Assembly (NCBI RefSeq): GCF_964204865.1
Contig: NC_135262.1
Location: 9,858,001-9,922,000 of the forward strand
Reading direction: 5' to 3'
Origin: Styela clava
Taxonomy: Eukaryota
Length of the DNA: 64,000 bases
Every line of letters starts with the position of its first letter. The stretch's first letter is position 1. The position numbers were made by a program, and so were the translations under genes. This document shows, in pieces, positions 45,189 to 59,300 of this stretch. The notes below the pieces were generated by a model. It did not search any database, was not told the origin of the DNA, and saw only the letters and a program-made list of their open reading frames with translations.

Positions 45189-48100
45189 ATGACGCGTAAT
45201 ATAAATGAAATGGACGAGGAAGAGCAGTGGGAAGATGTTAAAGGAAGGAAGAGAGGACAGAAAAATCAAAATGGGGATGGATTGTCAAACGACTTTGAGA
45301 AAGAGCCAGACTTCAGCGATCCAGAGGATTATGAAGAGGATATCAGCGATGAAGGTATGGGAGTGATCCTTATTGCACAATTTGGGGGTTTTGATAATGT
45401 CAGAATGTGCTTTATTTCAGTATTTACTGCTTTTTTTTCATTTGCTAATGCCAGAATGCAGTTAAATTAACTCAAGCAGTCAGGTTTCTGCAACACGTTA
45501 ACTTGCAGACTTGGTAATTCAGCCACAGGAGTGGTGACTTTTCTATGGGCCGGGGCCACGGTCCATCTAATTTGGCCACATGCTGACATGGGCCCATCAG
45601 GAAAAGTTCAATTATCTTACCAAAATTTGCAATTTTTACAAAATTGTCAATATTCGAACCGAAAAAAATTGTGAGATGCTACCAAATTTTGGGTCTGGTG
45701 AAGTACACGCCGTCAAGTACTTCTACCGGGCGTAGCATAACGATTTTTGCATACAATATTCCTAACCCTCACCTAAGTACGTCACCCAAAAATTACATCA
45801 CTGCGACGTAACAATCGCGACATAGAGCTTGCTAAATTATAACTACAATCGTTCTAAATGTCATCTGTGCCGACTATAATGAACTCACTAACCCCAGCGA
45901 TCTCTCTCTTATCGTTATCGTTACGGCGAGAAAACGAGAGAGTAGATTGCACAATTTCGGATGATTGTCTGCACGACCACACGTTTACTTTGGAGGGCCT
46001 TATTACGTCACTGCGACTATGCAGTGATGTAATTTTTGGATGACGTAGTCAGTGAGGGTTAGGAATGACATATGCAAAAATTGTTGAGCCAGGCCAATTA
46101 CAAGTGCTTGCGGCGTGTACTTCACGAGACTCCAAATTTTTTTCTTACGATGGGCCTTTATATAAAAATAAAAATAAAGCAAAATACCAAGCAACAGGAT
46201 AGAATACTCCTGTAGTATGTGTACCAGGTTAGGGTTATTACAAAATTTTGTTCATATTTTTTACATTATAGTTCTAATATGAGTTCGGGGACTGACTGTG
46301 TTAGCCAAGTGAATAGTCCCTTTACACAACTTGATGGGCCGATTCCCAATTCGATGGGTCGTGGCCCCGGCCCATACGTCGTAGAAGAGTCACCACTCCC
46401 ACTCTAATTCAGGGAACTCTGCAACTGCATGAAAGTTTCTGATAGAACTGCAGAATGTTTACACTGTTCTTTTTTATTGTCATATGGCGTGGCTGTGTGG
46501 GCAACCCTAAAATGCGGGAAACGGGAAATGCACTGAAATGCGAGAACCACAGGAAATTGCCAAAACTAAAATGCAGGAATGACGGAACTATGGGAAATTT
46601 CACCGTCGTCGTGCCAGACGCCCCTCTTTTGTGAGAGACATGGAGTGTTTGTTTTATTGAACCAAATGGAGGAAAATTCTTGGAATTCGGATAGTGTGCT
46701 GTATTGACATCTAGGAGATAGTTATGTGCAAGAGGATTGCTGGACTCCTCGCCGCCGTAGGGTGGTTCACGTACTGCTGGTTGGTTATGGCTTCCTCCAC
46801 CATCTAAGCCATGCTATCGAAAACAAATAACTAATCTCATACCTGACATGGAATGATAACCGGAGGCCCTCAGCTCCCTCTCCCTCCAGCCCCCGGGATA
46901 AATATGTAAATCCTATCCTATTTTTCAATATTATAAATTTTGGAATTTATTTTAAAATGTCAAACAATCCAACGTCTTCTGATGGCCTGTGTCCATGGTA
47001 TCTTTTTAAAAATATTTGAATTTACGGGATGGTTTATCCACTTTGCGATCAACTTATTTTTAAGCTGCAACATTCAGAGGTTAACTTCCTATGCACACTT
47101 GAAATGAATCACTGAAATGATCTATTTGGGATCAAACAACAAATTTGCAGCCTAGCTCTGATAACCTATCTGCTGTGTTGATGCTACCAAAACTGACAGT
47201 AAAGACAAATTTGATGTATCTCGTTGGAATACCTCTTAGAATATATTATACATATATATTATATACTTTTTTATAAAATTGAGCATATATTATTTATATA
47301 CAACTTATATATTCAGAATTACTGGGAGACATTCTGAGAAAGGAGCCAAAAGAAGCAGATGGATGTGAATCTGTAATTGTTGTTGACAATATACCTGTCG
47401 TTGGTGAAAGTAGACTTGAAAAACTCAAGTCTGTTTTAACAAAAATTTTCTCCAAGTTTGGACCAATCCAGTCCGAACATTTTCCACAACAGAATGGACA
47501 AACAAAAGGGTAAGTAATCGCTATGTTGATTTTAAGCAAACTTTGAAGTTCTTAATTATATACATTTTTTATTATTAAAAGAAGACATCATAAATAGGCT
47601 TATGATATGAATAGGTAAAAGCTGTTGCGATCATTTTAATGTATTCAAATTATTTTTAATTAATTTTGATCTTGGTCGTTTTCATTCTTGCATGCTCTCT
47701 TCATCCCTCTCATTTTATTGAATGAAATTCATCATTTTCTTTGTTCAGATACATATTTATTGAATACACTAGACCCGAGGATGCATTAGAAGCAGTGAAA
47801 AAGGCTGATGGATACAAGCTTGACAAAGCTCATACATTCAAAGTTAATTTATTTAATGATATAGAAAAGTATGTTATTCCATTTGTTTCAAATTACACTA
47901 GAAAATTTTGAGGCGAAATTTATGTGTCTAAATTTTTCACAGTGATGTCATTGAACCAGCGTTCTAGTTGAAATTGCAGCAACATTTATGTTACAGGTCT
48001 TAAACGGAAAATGGTTTATGGTGTTCTGAATAATTTCGATTTTTTAGAGCCAAATTTATGCTGAACGTTGATTTTGAAAACTATTTTGGATGTTAACTAT

Positions 48101-51100
48101 GTTTTATCTGTACCTACTGTGATCTCGAAAAGTGACCTTCTCGACGTTGATAATGTATAAAATGTGATATCTATTGGTCTGATATGTTATGCCTTGAAAA
48201 TTTCAGGTTTGACAACATTGAAGTTACTCAAAAATCAGCAGAAAAACAAGAATTTAAAGATATGGTATGATTTTATTTATCACTGTTTGTTGAACTTGAT
48301 GATATATTTTCCATCTCCGTATTCTCCTTTTCGTGAGTATAGACTTTGTCTGTTTCCATATAAAATTTGATGTTTCCATACCTTGAAATTGCTCACTCAA
48401 TTTTGTGTGTTATTTTTCTTCAGGGAAATCTCCATTATTATCTTGAAGAAGAGGATTGCAACGATCAGTTCAGTATCATATATGAGGGAGGAGATAAAAC
48501 AGCAATATTTTTAAACACTCATACTGAACCAGCATTACTCGAAGAAAGAAAGGTTTGAAATTTTAATAAAGGCTAACTCTGAGCAATAAACGTTTTGTTG
48601 ATAAAATTAATTTGTGTGCTTAATTACTTTCAATCCTCTCTTTCAAGTTTCTCCTGTTCATTATTCAGAACTTCCATTGAAAAATTAGTTTTCGAATTCA
48701 AATCTCATGCCCACCACCTTACCCAGAATTGGGAGGTGAGTGATGCCGGATCGAAATGATTTTCGACATCCCAACAACAGCATCTATTTACATGTCATTA
48801 ATTATCAGTGGCACAAATAAGCGTCATATGAAATAAATAATCAATATATTAATCAGGATATTATATTTTTAGAGATGGACTGAGACATATACTCGTTGGT
48901 CACCACAAGGAACATACCTCGCTACTTTTCATCAAAAAGGCATCGCACTTTGGGGAGGCGAAAATTTCAAACAGATTCAGCGTTTTGCTCATCAAGGAGT
49001 TCATCTTATCGATTTTTCTCCATGTGAGAGGTGAGATCGTATGCTGTAAAACAGAGTCTTCTTTATTAAGACTTATATTATTTAGGTTAAAGATCTTCGA
49101 TGTGCTTTCAGTTTTCTGTCGACTGTGAACACACCACACTCATCTACAGTCAGTGTACACGCCAGACAAAAAAATTTTTGTGAAAGTTTTTTTTTTTCTT
49201 GGAAAATTCTTATCTGGACGTCGCAAGCTGTTTTCCATCTGTAAATTATCATAGAATTTCCATCTCGCAAATTTGTTTCTAGGTATTTGGTAACCTTCAG
49301 TCCAATGCAAGCTGGTCGTACTACCGAAGAACCACAAGCTATTGTTATATGGGATATTTTTACTGGTGCAAGGAAAAGAGCTTTCCATGCGGATATGTCT
49401 GGAGAAGAAGACAGGCAATGGCCAATTTTCAAGTGGGTTTTATTCACTGGATATAGTGTTTTTGCCCTAGTTTTTTAAACTCCGTAAATTTTTTTAACTT
49501 TCATACAAAGGCAGATTTCATCAAGACAAAACGTTACAATTTAACTATGTGTGACTGTTATAGCTCTCAAACGTGCAACATTGACCGTAGCACATATGGT
49601 TTTTATTTTCATTTCTCTTTTGATTGGAGAAAAATTATAAGATTGATTTACACAAATGAGTTTGGGAACTACAAAATTGGCGCTCCAGAAGATTGCATAC
49701 CAATATGGAGGTAACTAATTTTATTCGCCTACTTTACATCAAGTTGTGTAAAGGTACTGAAAACTATGGGTAGTGGTTATATTCCCTTGGCTAACACGGA
49801 CAGTCCCCGAACTCGTAATAGAACTTAGAAAAGGAAAATCCTAGTAAATTATGGCCTAACCCTTACCTGGTACACACACTACAGGAGTACCCTAAAATTA
49901 CCAACAATGTCCAGATTTTTGCTAAAGCAGGTATTCAACTTTGTTATTTTTTACAGATGGAGTAACAGTGGAAAATTTTTTGCCAGGAAATCTAGCGGAG
50001 TTTTGAGTGTTTATGAAACTCCAGTAAGATTTTTGTTGTTATTTTATAGTGTCATTTCATAAATATGAAAATGAAAAATGGATAAATTTTAACACAAAGC
50101 CAAATTAAAGAAATAACCCAAATAACCAGATTAAAGTACCCAATTATTGATAGTGAATGCGGAAAGATCAGTGTCATTAGTTTTGTTTTCACATTTTTCA
50201 CTTTTAACACATAGATAAAATGGAGAAATAACCCAAATCACTAGATTAAAGTAGCCCATTATTAATAGTGAATGCGTAAAGACTAGTGCCATTAATTTTG
50301 TTTTCACATTTTATTTGTTTAGTCGTTTGGACTGCTCGATAAAAAAAGCTTGAAGATAGAAGACATCAAGTGAGTGCAATGAAAATATCTACGATGGTTT
50401 GCTTATAAGGTGTTTCCATCACTTATCTTATGCTTGACAATTATTGATAAAAAGGATCAACAAAAAGTCTTGAAATAACGTATGCATTGCAAATGGTACA
50501 TAGTGAAGACCTATGTTTGTGGTCCACAGGGATCTGCTCTGTGGCCCCCTGGGGCTGAAGGACCCAGTTTGAGAAACTCTGGTTAATTGTTGCTAAGGAG
50601 GATCTGTTCGAGGCAGGATTAAATAATAGCTTCTGAGAATAGATATTGCTATCAGTAGGTAAATCTAATGCTATTGCTTAATGCTAATATGTTTGGAGGC
50701 TTCAATCATTTTCTGCTTATACAAAGAAGGAATTTTGTGTTATTGTTGGTTTTCAATTTACCTTTTCGCCCCATCATTTCATTGTTGGATCATAATTTAA
50801 TAATTTATCTGACTTGCTGTTTAATTGAAAATTATGTCTTGAAATGTTTTTCCAAATTTCCTAGAATTGCGTTTTTTGTTTTCAGAGAATTTTCGTGGTC
50901 GCCAGCGGAAAACAAACTTGCTTTCTGGGTTCCAGAAAGAAATGAAATTCCTGCTCGTGTTACGATTCTTGCCATTCCATCACGTCAAGAACTTCGAGTC
51001 AAAAATCTGTTTAACGTGTCTGACATCAGATTGCATTGGCACAAACATGGGAAGTTCCTATGTGTGAAGGTTGATCGGTATAACAAAACCAAAAAGGTAT

Positions 51101-54099
51101 TATGGTTGTGATTTATATTTCTTCCTTTTGACTATTTTGAATTCATTTGAATTTTAACCCAATCTTGGTAAAGGCAGTTTAATATTTTTTCACCTCGTTT
51201 GATACACAATTTCGATGATTAATAACATATTTGGTAACACTATGAATAGTATTTATTCCAGTAAAAAAATTCCCTTATAAATATACCGAATATACAGAAT
51301 ACTAATTTAAAATTGTTACACATTAACTTTTTTTTTTTTTTTTTGTATATGGGTGTTTATACAAGCTCAAATTGCGAATTTTTTGATACAATATATAGTT
51401 TGTTGGCCTCGAAGTTGTTTAAACGAAGAAAAAAAATAAAAAAAAGCACTGGGTAAAATGAAATAAGTTTGGTTAAGAAATATTGCGAACCGACTTGTGT
51501 CGGCAAGTGGCAAGTGTAAGAGAGAAATTTTACTTTGTAATTGTCTATTACGAATTACGATTTAACATTTAGTTGTTAATATATGTTGACTCTGACTATA
51601 TGTTGGCTACTACCTATACTGAAATGTCTATACAGACTCTGTGCAGTTTAATTTCTTTTTTCTCTTGTGAAAAATTCGAATCTTCCTTCAATGCCCGCAA
51701 CAAAAACCACATACTTCATGACCCTGATATTATTATCAATATGACCTTTCATCACACTGATTTCATGAAACTCAAAACATTATTTGTCCCACAGGCAAAC
51801 ATCTCTAATTTTGAGATTTTCCACATCAAGGAGAAACAAGTCCCGGTCGACATTGTTGAATTGAAAGAACAGGTATTTATTAATATGGCACCCTAAAAAT
51901 TCTTTCAAATTATATTTTCAGCATTGATTGAGGCATACAAAGATTGCTAATGCTAAATCTAGATTGGGATGTAAATATATGTAAGCTGCCACCTTCATGT
52001 TAGTACGTGATGACGTTCAAAAGTTTACTACTAATATGTACATATTTGAATTTTCAATACAATAACAACCACTCTGAAAATGTTCATATTGATCTTGTTT
52101 CAAGTCGGATATATCGTGAATAATTTAAGTAATATTTTTTACTCCCATTTTCAGGTTACCGCATTTGCTTGGGAGCCTACAGGAAGCAAATTCTGTTGTT
52201 TGCATGGAGAGACACCCCGCATCAGCGCATCATTTTATGCAGTAAAAAGTGGAAAAGTTGAGCTATTGGGTAACAAAGAAATACTGTAAAAAAAAAGTTT
52301 TCATTCATCATTTACAGGATTAATCGTTGTTTGTTTTATCAACAGAAACAATGGAAAGGAAAACGGCTTCTCATATATTTTGGTCTCCTGCTGGTCAATT
52401 CGTACTGCTAGCTGGTTTGAGAAGGTATATATGTGTGGTGTATGTATGTTTCAGTGTATTTTACCTGACTTCATATGCAATGAATACATAGTTTTTAACT
52501 ACTGGCCGATTTGGATTGAATGGTGATGAAAACTGGGCTTTTTGAGACCTGATTAGGAATACTGTTAAATATTTCAAAAATCTGTAAAAACCGGAATCTT
52601 TTCTGCATTGCTTACCCAATTTATTAAACCCCGTGGTGAAGCAGGTAATTTGAACTCGAGATTTTGACACTATGGCGATTCCACCATAGTTCAGTCTAAT
52701 GCTAACCATTAAGCCACTGCAAGATTTAACCACCAAGTTTATACATGCCTAGTCTTTGTGGACTACCAATTCACATTTCTCTGTTCATTGAACCCTGCAA
52801 CTATAGCTTCAAATCTTGAGATGTTTGAATGGTTTTCATCATCTGATCCTTACTATTTGTATTTTAGTTCCAGCCAACTTGAATTCATAGATACAGCCGA
52901 TATGACAGTAATGAATACAGGGGAACATTTGATGGTGTCTGATGTGGAATGGGATCCTACTGGCAGATTTTTAATATCTGTTGTCAGTTGGTGGGCTCAC
53001 AAGGTAATGTACTGAATCATAATCAAATTTTCCAAAGGACCTTTGCTGTGTTTCTGCTAATGCTCGTTACGGACTATAAATTGAGATGAATACTCGTGAT
53101 AGTTAGTGGACTAGTTTTAAATGAAAATTCAAACTTTCATAGAATATTATTAAAAGATTTTAACGTTTCGAGATAATTTTGCTTGTATTTGTTTTCATGT
53201 AAACCATGCATTTTTATATTTATTCAGATTGATAACGCTTACTGGGTGTGGTCTTTCCAAGGACGATTGCTGCGTAAGCAAAGCATGGACAGAATTTGTC
53301 AGCTGCTTTGGCGTCCTCGCCCTCCTCCTTTGCTTACAGAAGAGCAGATCAAGGTTAAATTTCTCTTCATATTATTTAGATGGACTGATAGTGATATTGT
53401 TGAAATAGGAAAGCTAATAAATCAGTATTTCGGGTGAATGTGTACATTAGTTTTGGGGCTGTTATAATGTCTGCCACATTCATATTTCCACAATCATAAT
53501 GTATGTCCACTCAGACATATACAATGAATTCAGCATAATTCACTAATTATTTCTTTGTCTGAATATATGTAGAAAGTGAAAAAGGATTACAAGATGTATG
53601 CCAAAATGTTCGAAGCAAAAGATCGAGTCTTGCAATCAAGAGTTTCAAAAGATATTCTGGATAAACGTCGTGCACTCATGGATGAATTTATGAGTTATCG
53701 TCAAGAAAATATCAATATTTATCAAGATCAGACTCCGTATAGGAGAGAATTGAGAAACGGTATGATATACTTTGGCTTTTACGTTTTGAAAATAGAAGTT
53801 TTTGCCAAAACTCAATGAAAAGTAGTTCATGAAACTTGACAGATATTGAGGTTCGATCAGTTTTTTTGGTTAGAACTTATAAAGTTGGGCATAAATCTAT
53901 GAAAGTGCTGTGTTTTACAAATGATACCATAGTAAGTAAGAATCCTATTTTGTTTCTATCTTGTCCGTATTGTAATTAGAATAATTTTATACTTTGTCTT
54001 CAAGGTGTTAACACTGATGAAGTTGACAGTCATGCTGAAGACTGGGATGAAGTTCAAGTTGAATTACTCGTTGATGAGGTTGAAACGATCATAGAGTGA
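45189..54099 (+). CDS. EIF3B: Eukaryotic translation initiation factor 3 subunit B, 17 exons, about 704 aa
   Basis: Exons 45189-45354, 47317-47509, 47749-47868, 48207-48264, 48424-48552, 48873-49030, 49283-49432, 49957-50023, 50323-50369, 50886-51096, 51795-51872, 52155-52269, 52346-52424, 52868-53003, 53228-53353, 53573-53759, 54005-54099 (2115 nt). Motifs [63 protein letters not shown]. Confidence 0.96.
45523..46404. mobile_element. TIR element with 8-bp TSD hosting two nested Merlin-type MITEs
   Basis: ggagtggtgact..tatgggccggggccacg..ccatc / gatggg..cgtggccccggcccata..agtcaccactcc; flanking TAATTCAG on both sides; the outermost 5 bp are not complementary. Confidence 0.65.
45691..46132. 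mobile_element. Merlin-type MITE family B
   Basis: gggtctggtgaagtacacgccg / cggcgtgtacttcacgagactc; perfect TSD CAAATTTT. Confidence 0.85.
46715..46921 (+). mobile_element. 5'-truncated SINE family A copy
   Basis: gagaggattgctggactcctcgcc...ccgggataaatatgtaaatcctatccta. Confidence 0.8.
49679..49891. mobile_element. MITE family A variant (partial relatives at about 46204-46330 and 57793-57970)
   Basis: ggcgctccagaag / ctacaggagtacc ends; shared ttggctaacac.gacagtccccgaactcgtaatagaact body. Confidence 0.75.
50077..50310. repeat. About 120-140-bp imperfect direct duplication in an eIF3b intron
   Basis: agaaataacccaaat..agattaaagta.cc.attatt.atagtgaatgcg..aaga..agtg.catta.ttttgttttcacattt occurs twice. 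Confidence 0.85.
52445..52730 (-). mobile_element. Possible third tRNA-derived SINE
   Basis: Minus strand A-box-like TGGCTTAATGGTTAG and B-box-like GAGTTCAAATTAC; single copy in the window. Confidence 0.4.
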
Positions 54100-55056
54100 C
54101 AAAAACGTGATCTTCGATTATCTTGCTGTCCCGGAATTGTACTGAAGATTTTGGGATAGCACCTGACCAGCTGTACCATTTATTTTTGAACGAGTCTACA
54201 GATATTAGGAAATAAGACATTTTTCAAAGAAGTTGTGACAGATTGTATTGCTTTATAAGTTTTTCTTGCTGATATTGGGAGGTGAACTTTTTGTGAAAAT
54301 AATGGCTATATTATGTATTATGCCATTCCTGCATTGTTATTTGTTTAGGATAAATTTTAATTATGTGGGCAACATGCCAGTTGGATTTGTTCCTTGTTTT
54401 CCACTTGCTGGATATTGGAACTTTGCTGAAAAAGCTTGTTTTTTTTAGATACATGTTGCAAATATACATCTAGTGAAATTGTAGGCCGTGTGACACATAA
54501 AGCCAAAATTATGTTAATTTTTGCATGAAAGTAAGTGCCTACGAAATTAATGTAGTTTTGATTTTATGGTTGCACGTCCTGCAGTTCTACTCCTGTTGGT
54601 GTGTATTATCAACATGTCTCTTTGTTGTAATTTGGATATATAGATTTGAAAATAAATTTGGCCTTATGTAAAAGAAGCATTTATATTTTTGTAAATGGGG
54701 ATCTGTGATAAACTCTGGAATGGAATGAATATTTTATATCCTGATTGGAGAGGCTTGATTCTATCCTAATTCAATCTATCAGACTCTTATCCTGCTGTGT
54801 TTTAGGACACTTCCTTTGTATTATTACCCCGTGACATTGAATGAGGATTATGTGTGTCCCCCTGGTTAAGTACGAAAAACAAACCATCTCCCAGTGTGTA
54901 CTTAGTGGTACATTGACCATTGAAACTCGAGTTTCATGAATAACCTGTTCCCCTTGAGTGTTTGCAAGTTGATCTTCATTAGTATTGGAGAACTGCCTAT
55001 CACCGCGGTTTACATGACAGATGTCAATGAATGCTTAAGAATTAGATAAGATTTTC

Positions 55057-55283
55057 GGTGCTCCCGAAGTATGCGAACCAAGATGGCGGACATCGGAACG
55101 TAACAGGTTAGGGTTAGGCCATAATTTTTTTCCAATTTTCCCTATTTTAATCCTATTATTAGTTCGAAGACTATCCAAGATCCTCCCGTAGTATTTATAC
55201 CTAAAATTATGGCCTAACCCTAACCTAGTACACATATTACATTCCGATGTCCGCCATCTTGGTTCGCATACTTCGGGAGCCCC
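55057..55283. mobile_element. MITE family A (best-preserved copy) inserted into the tail of a SINE
   Basis: Near-perfect TIR ggtgctcccgaagtatgcgaaccaagatggcggacatcggaa; perfect TSD AGATTTTC; internal GGTTAGGGTTAGG / CCTAACCCTAACC. Confidence 0.9.
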
Positions 55284-55570
55284 AGATTTTCATACTTATC
55301 CTGGGAGGGAGGAAATCCGATGAAACAGATTAATCATAGTCACCAGTCCATGTCGTCATGGAATTGGTTAGCCAGGTATTTGTTTCAGATGTATGGACTT
55401 GATGGTGGAGGAAGCCATAATCGATCAGCAGTTACGACAACCACCATCGACGGCGATGAGTCCAGCAATCCTCCCACGGATCCTAAGCTTCCAACGCAGG
55501 GTACCGTAATTAGGTTTGCGGTTGCAGGCATATTAGTCCTACCGCTTAGTCCAATGCGCCAGCCGCCGAG
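55284..55570 (-). mobile_element. SINE family A copy (diverged)
   Basis: cttatcctgggagggaggaaa...gagtccagcaatcctc matches SINE A. Confidence 0.75.
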
Positions 55571-56369
55571 CTTGATTTCTCCTCCTTTTAAGCTTGAGGA
55601 TACGTTCGTATATGATGTGCTGATTAAACGTGGATTTAGGATTCATCAACACCTTCACAAGACTTTGCAATAAAATACGACACCAGCCATCTAGTGTTTA
55701 AAAATATGGCGCCAAAACCGAGCAGAAGACGACAAAGCCTGTTATGATGATCCAGGCTATTCGACTTGCCTTCTGTTGCTGGGCCGGTATGTCGTATCTT
55801 ATAGGCTAGCTAATCCTTTTTTATTGTTATCGGTAGCATGTTTTGCAGAGAATCCTGTAACTGAGTTGTAAACTACCTACAGTGCTAATTCGAAATTCCC
55901 TGTAAGTTACTGCTAGAGTAATGGTACTTCCGAATTCCAGATGTTTGGCAAAGGACGTTGACTTCATGTTATAAAAACTTTATTTATATCTGGGTATAGA
56001 AAAGTTTGACACGATTTGACCTAATGTTTACGAACTCTAAAAAAACGTTACTTTACACCAGGAAGAAATCAATAATTATGGTTTTCAACCACTCTCAGGA
56101 GAATTCTTGAAAGGTAACTAACCTACCAAAGTGAACTTGACGCCATATAAGTTATAACTCATAAGCCTAAGCTTCAACATCAAATATTAGTTAAGATGGA
56201 ATGACTTAAGTTGCGTCTGGTTTTTGTATTAACTTACCAATAATGATTGAGTTAATGTTATCTACCAGCAACAGGCTACCGGTACAGTTTTTCGATTCTC
56301 CTATTCGGCCGGGTTGGTCCAGCCTACTAGACTATAACAGTTATTTTGTAATTAAATTCATCTATGAAT

Positions 56370-59300
56370 ATGGTGCGCACTGGCCAAAAGAAAAAGGTTG
56401 TAAAGATCGAAAACGACGAAAAGATAACCGGAGACGATTGTGGGGACAACGGTGAGTTATGAATAGCCTAGGGCTAGGCTACGAATTTACAACGGCTCAT
56501 CACGAAGAAAATATGCTGTAGACTAGTCTACTAAAGCAGTCGATGACATTCATTTATATTTTCGGGCTTAGAAAGCAAGAGAGATGGATTTCCGTTTAGC
56601 ATATTACATCAGTTAGATATGTATTTTGATTTGTTTTTTTTTGTAGTACTGTACTTTTATTAATATATTTTAGAATCTAGACCGAGATCATCAATGACAA
56701 TACCCGCTGCCGCAGTCAAACGTTCATATGAAGAGGAAGACGACAGTGACCAAGATTGTGAAGAAGAATCTCCGGAGTACAATATAGGGTTAACCTGTGT
56801 TAAAGATAACTAAGAGATTTCATTCTGTTAAATGGAATTTACCATGACTAATTTTAGAGCGAAGTCGAATTTTTATTTTTAAATTTTTATTTCCTCAAAT
56901 GTTTGACTTTCGTGCTGAGTCTCCTTTAGTTTGTAACACAACTTTAGTCAACCAATATTTGACCATTTTTTAACGGACTGGATAAGGTATCCAAAGCTGA
57001 AAATTTGGCAGTCAAATTTTTGGGCAAAAACGCACAGTGACATAATTCTGGCCAGTCACGCCTCATCGGATCGTTTCAATAATACTAACATTTTACTTCA
57101 GTAATCAAATGACTAGCCTGATCAAAAAATTCGGCAGCGACATGAAAAAAAATTTGTCAGCGAAACGAAAACGACTGGAAACTCTTACGTCACAATCCGC
57201 CTCGAATTGCAGAACCAAAGTAGACGCTATCATGGATAGTCAGGTAGGTTGCGTTGTTATTTTTCTGCACCAAAATTAGGGATGTTGAAGATTTTCGAGA
57301 ACGGTGTAATTTAAGATTCCATATATAAAACCGAAATTATTGTAGTGCTTTTTATGTAAAATTTGTCATTTTTACATTGAAACCATGATTTATGTTAAAT
57401 TTCTTGAATGTCATATTTTATATTATAATAAAATTATTCACAATATATCTGTGCAACTGACTTTATAATATAACAGAGAAAGGACAGACAAACGCTGGAC
57501 AATGAATACACAAAGCAAATGAATTGTTTGTTTACTCAATGGGAAACAGACATTGCCAAGGTCAAGGAGAACGAGGACAAATTGAACGTATGAATTTATA
57601 CAAATAAACTGATTTATCTTCTCTTCAATGTTTCACAAGAATTTATTACTTTCAGAATGTGTTGCAACAACAAATGAAACTGATCGCCCAAATCAGAGTT
57701 GTTCAAACTCAGAGATTCAAATCACTAAAGCAACTACAAGAACAGTATATGAAGAGGTATGTTTGTTTCGAAAATACAGCCCTAAAATAATCGGCGCTCC
57801 AGAAGTATGTGTACCAAATCCAATATGAAGGTAGCTAATTTTGTTTACTTACTTTACATTAAGTTGTGTAAGGGGACTGAGACTTATGGGCAGGAGGCAT
57901 ATTCACTTGGCTAACACAGACAGTCCCGAACTTGTAATATAGCTAAAATAAGGAAAATCGGAATAAAATTCAATTAGTACTCGGAAAATCTGTTTCAAAA
58001 CCTACATACAGTATAACTCTTGGATTCCGCTATTAGTAAGTACTCTTAACCACTTTTCGTTAGAAATTTGACCATTTTTGAGGTAACTTGTTCCATGAAA
58101 GTAATTTAGAATTATCTTAATTAGTTTATTTTCAAGCAAAATCATGGTCTTGCAATGCAATTGATCTGTTCATTTCTCGCAACGTCTTGTCTCTTTCGGA
58201 AGTGCATCTGTAGACTGTTTTAGGGGTTATACGAGAACTAGATGCTACTTTGCATTTTAATAGTTTCTCACCTACAATGCCGTTGAGAAAACAAATTCTT
58301 TCAGACTTGAAATAAAAACCTAGAAATCTGGGGCAGTGTGAAAGTGCCTTAATGTGGTTGAAAGCTGATCGATAAATATAAAACTATCCGAGTGGAATTC
58401 CCTCCAAACTCGTTGGAACAGTAAAATCATTAGCCGCATCATCCTAATCGTTTTTGGTGATTAAACAAACATTAAATATCTGTGACCCACTCTCTTCTGT
58501 TCCGCGGGGAATTTGCAAGAGGAATTTATTGATACCATATGTTGTTTTGGCTCTCACAGATGTATTAGATGAGGTAAAAAAATACATAAACAATTACTGA
58601 TTAAAAAATAACAAACCTGGTTAAGATATACTGAGATTTGACTTCGTAACAAAATTTAAATTGCAAAGGCATTTGCTAATTGCAAAGTAAATTCCACACT
58701 TAGTAACTCATACTTAAAGGTTAGTATGTCATTAAGATACTTGGGTATTCGGTACCGCAACACTTATACAACCGTTTCGAATTTGAACACATTTAGTCTT
58801 GAACACAACTTGTCTATAATATATTAATTAACGTAGATAAATAAAATAACGTAGAAGCACAAAATATTTGAAAATTCGTGCTTATATGAATACACATATC
58901 TTTTGCAATCTTACGATTTTTGAGGTCACCTTCAACGTGCACATTTCAAAAATGCAATATCTAAACTATCAAAAGTCTTTGATGAGGAAATTTTCAAACG
59001 CAATACAAATATTGCATTAGTAAATTTACTTATATATCAAACTTCATTTTCCAAATACGTTCGCAGCACTCAAGACATGGAATCCAACCACGTTCTCCAG
59101 AAATCAAATGTTTGCTCCGATCTCAAAGAAGAAATGTCTAGATTACAGACCAAGATTCTGAAAGACACGGTAAATATAATCAGATGCGAGCCGCAACAAT
59201 AATTTGCCTCGTTAATCGTCTTCGCAATGTGACCACAAAAAATGTCTCAAATGTATAATATATTATCCGGAGTTTTGAATAATTTGTGGAGTCTACTTTA

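Noticed and set aside
53380-53530. Two-hairpin intronic segment suggesting an H/ACA snoRNA
   Set aside because: No ANANNA hinge box between the hairpins; cannot be supported without covariance search.
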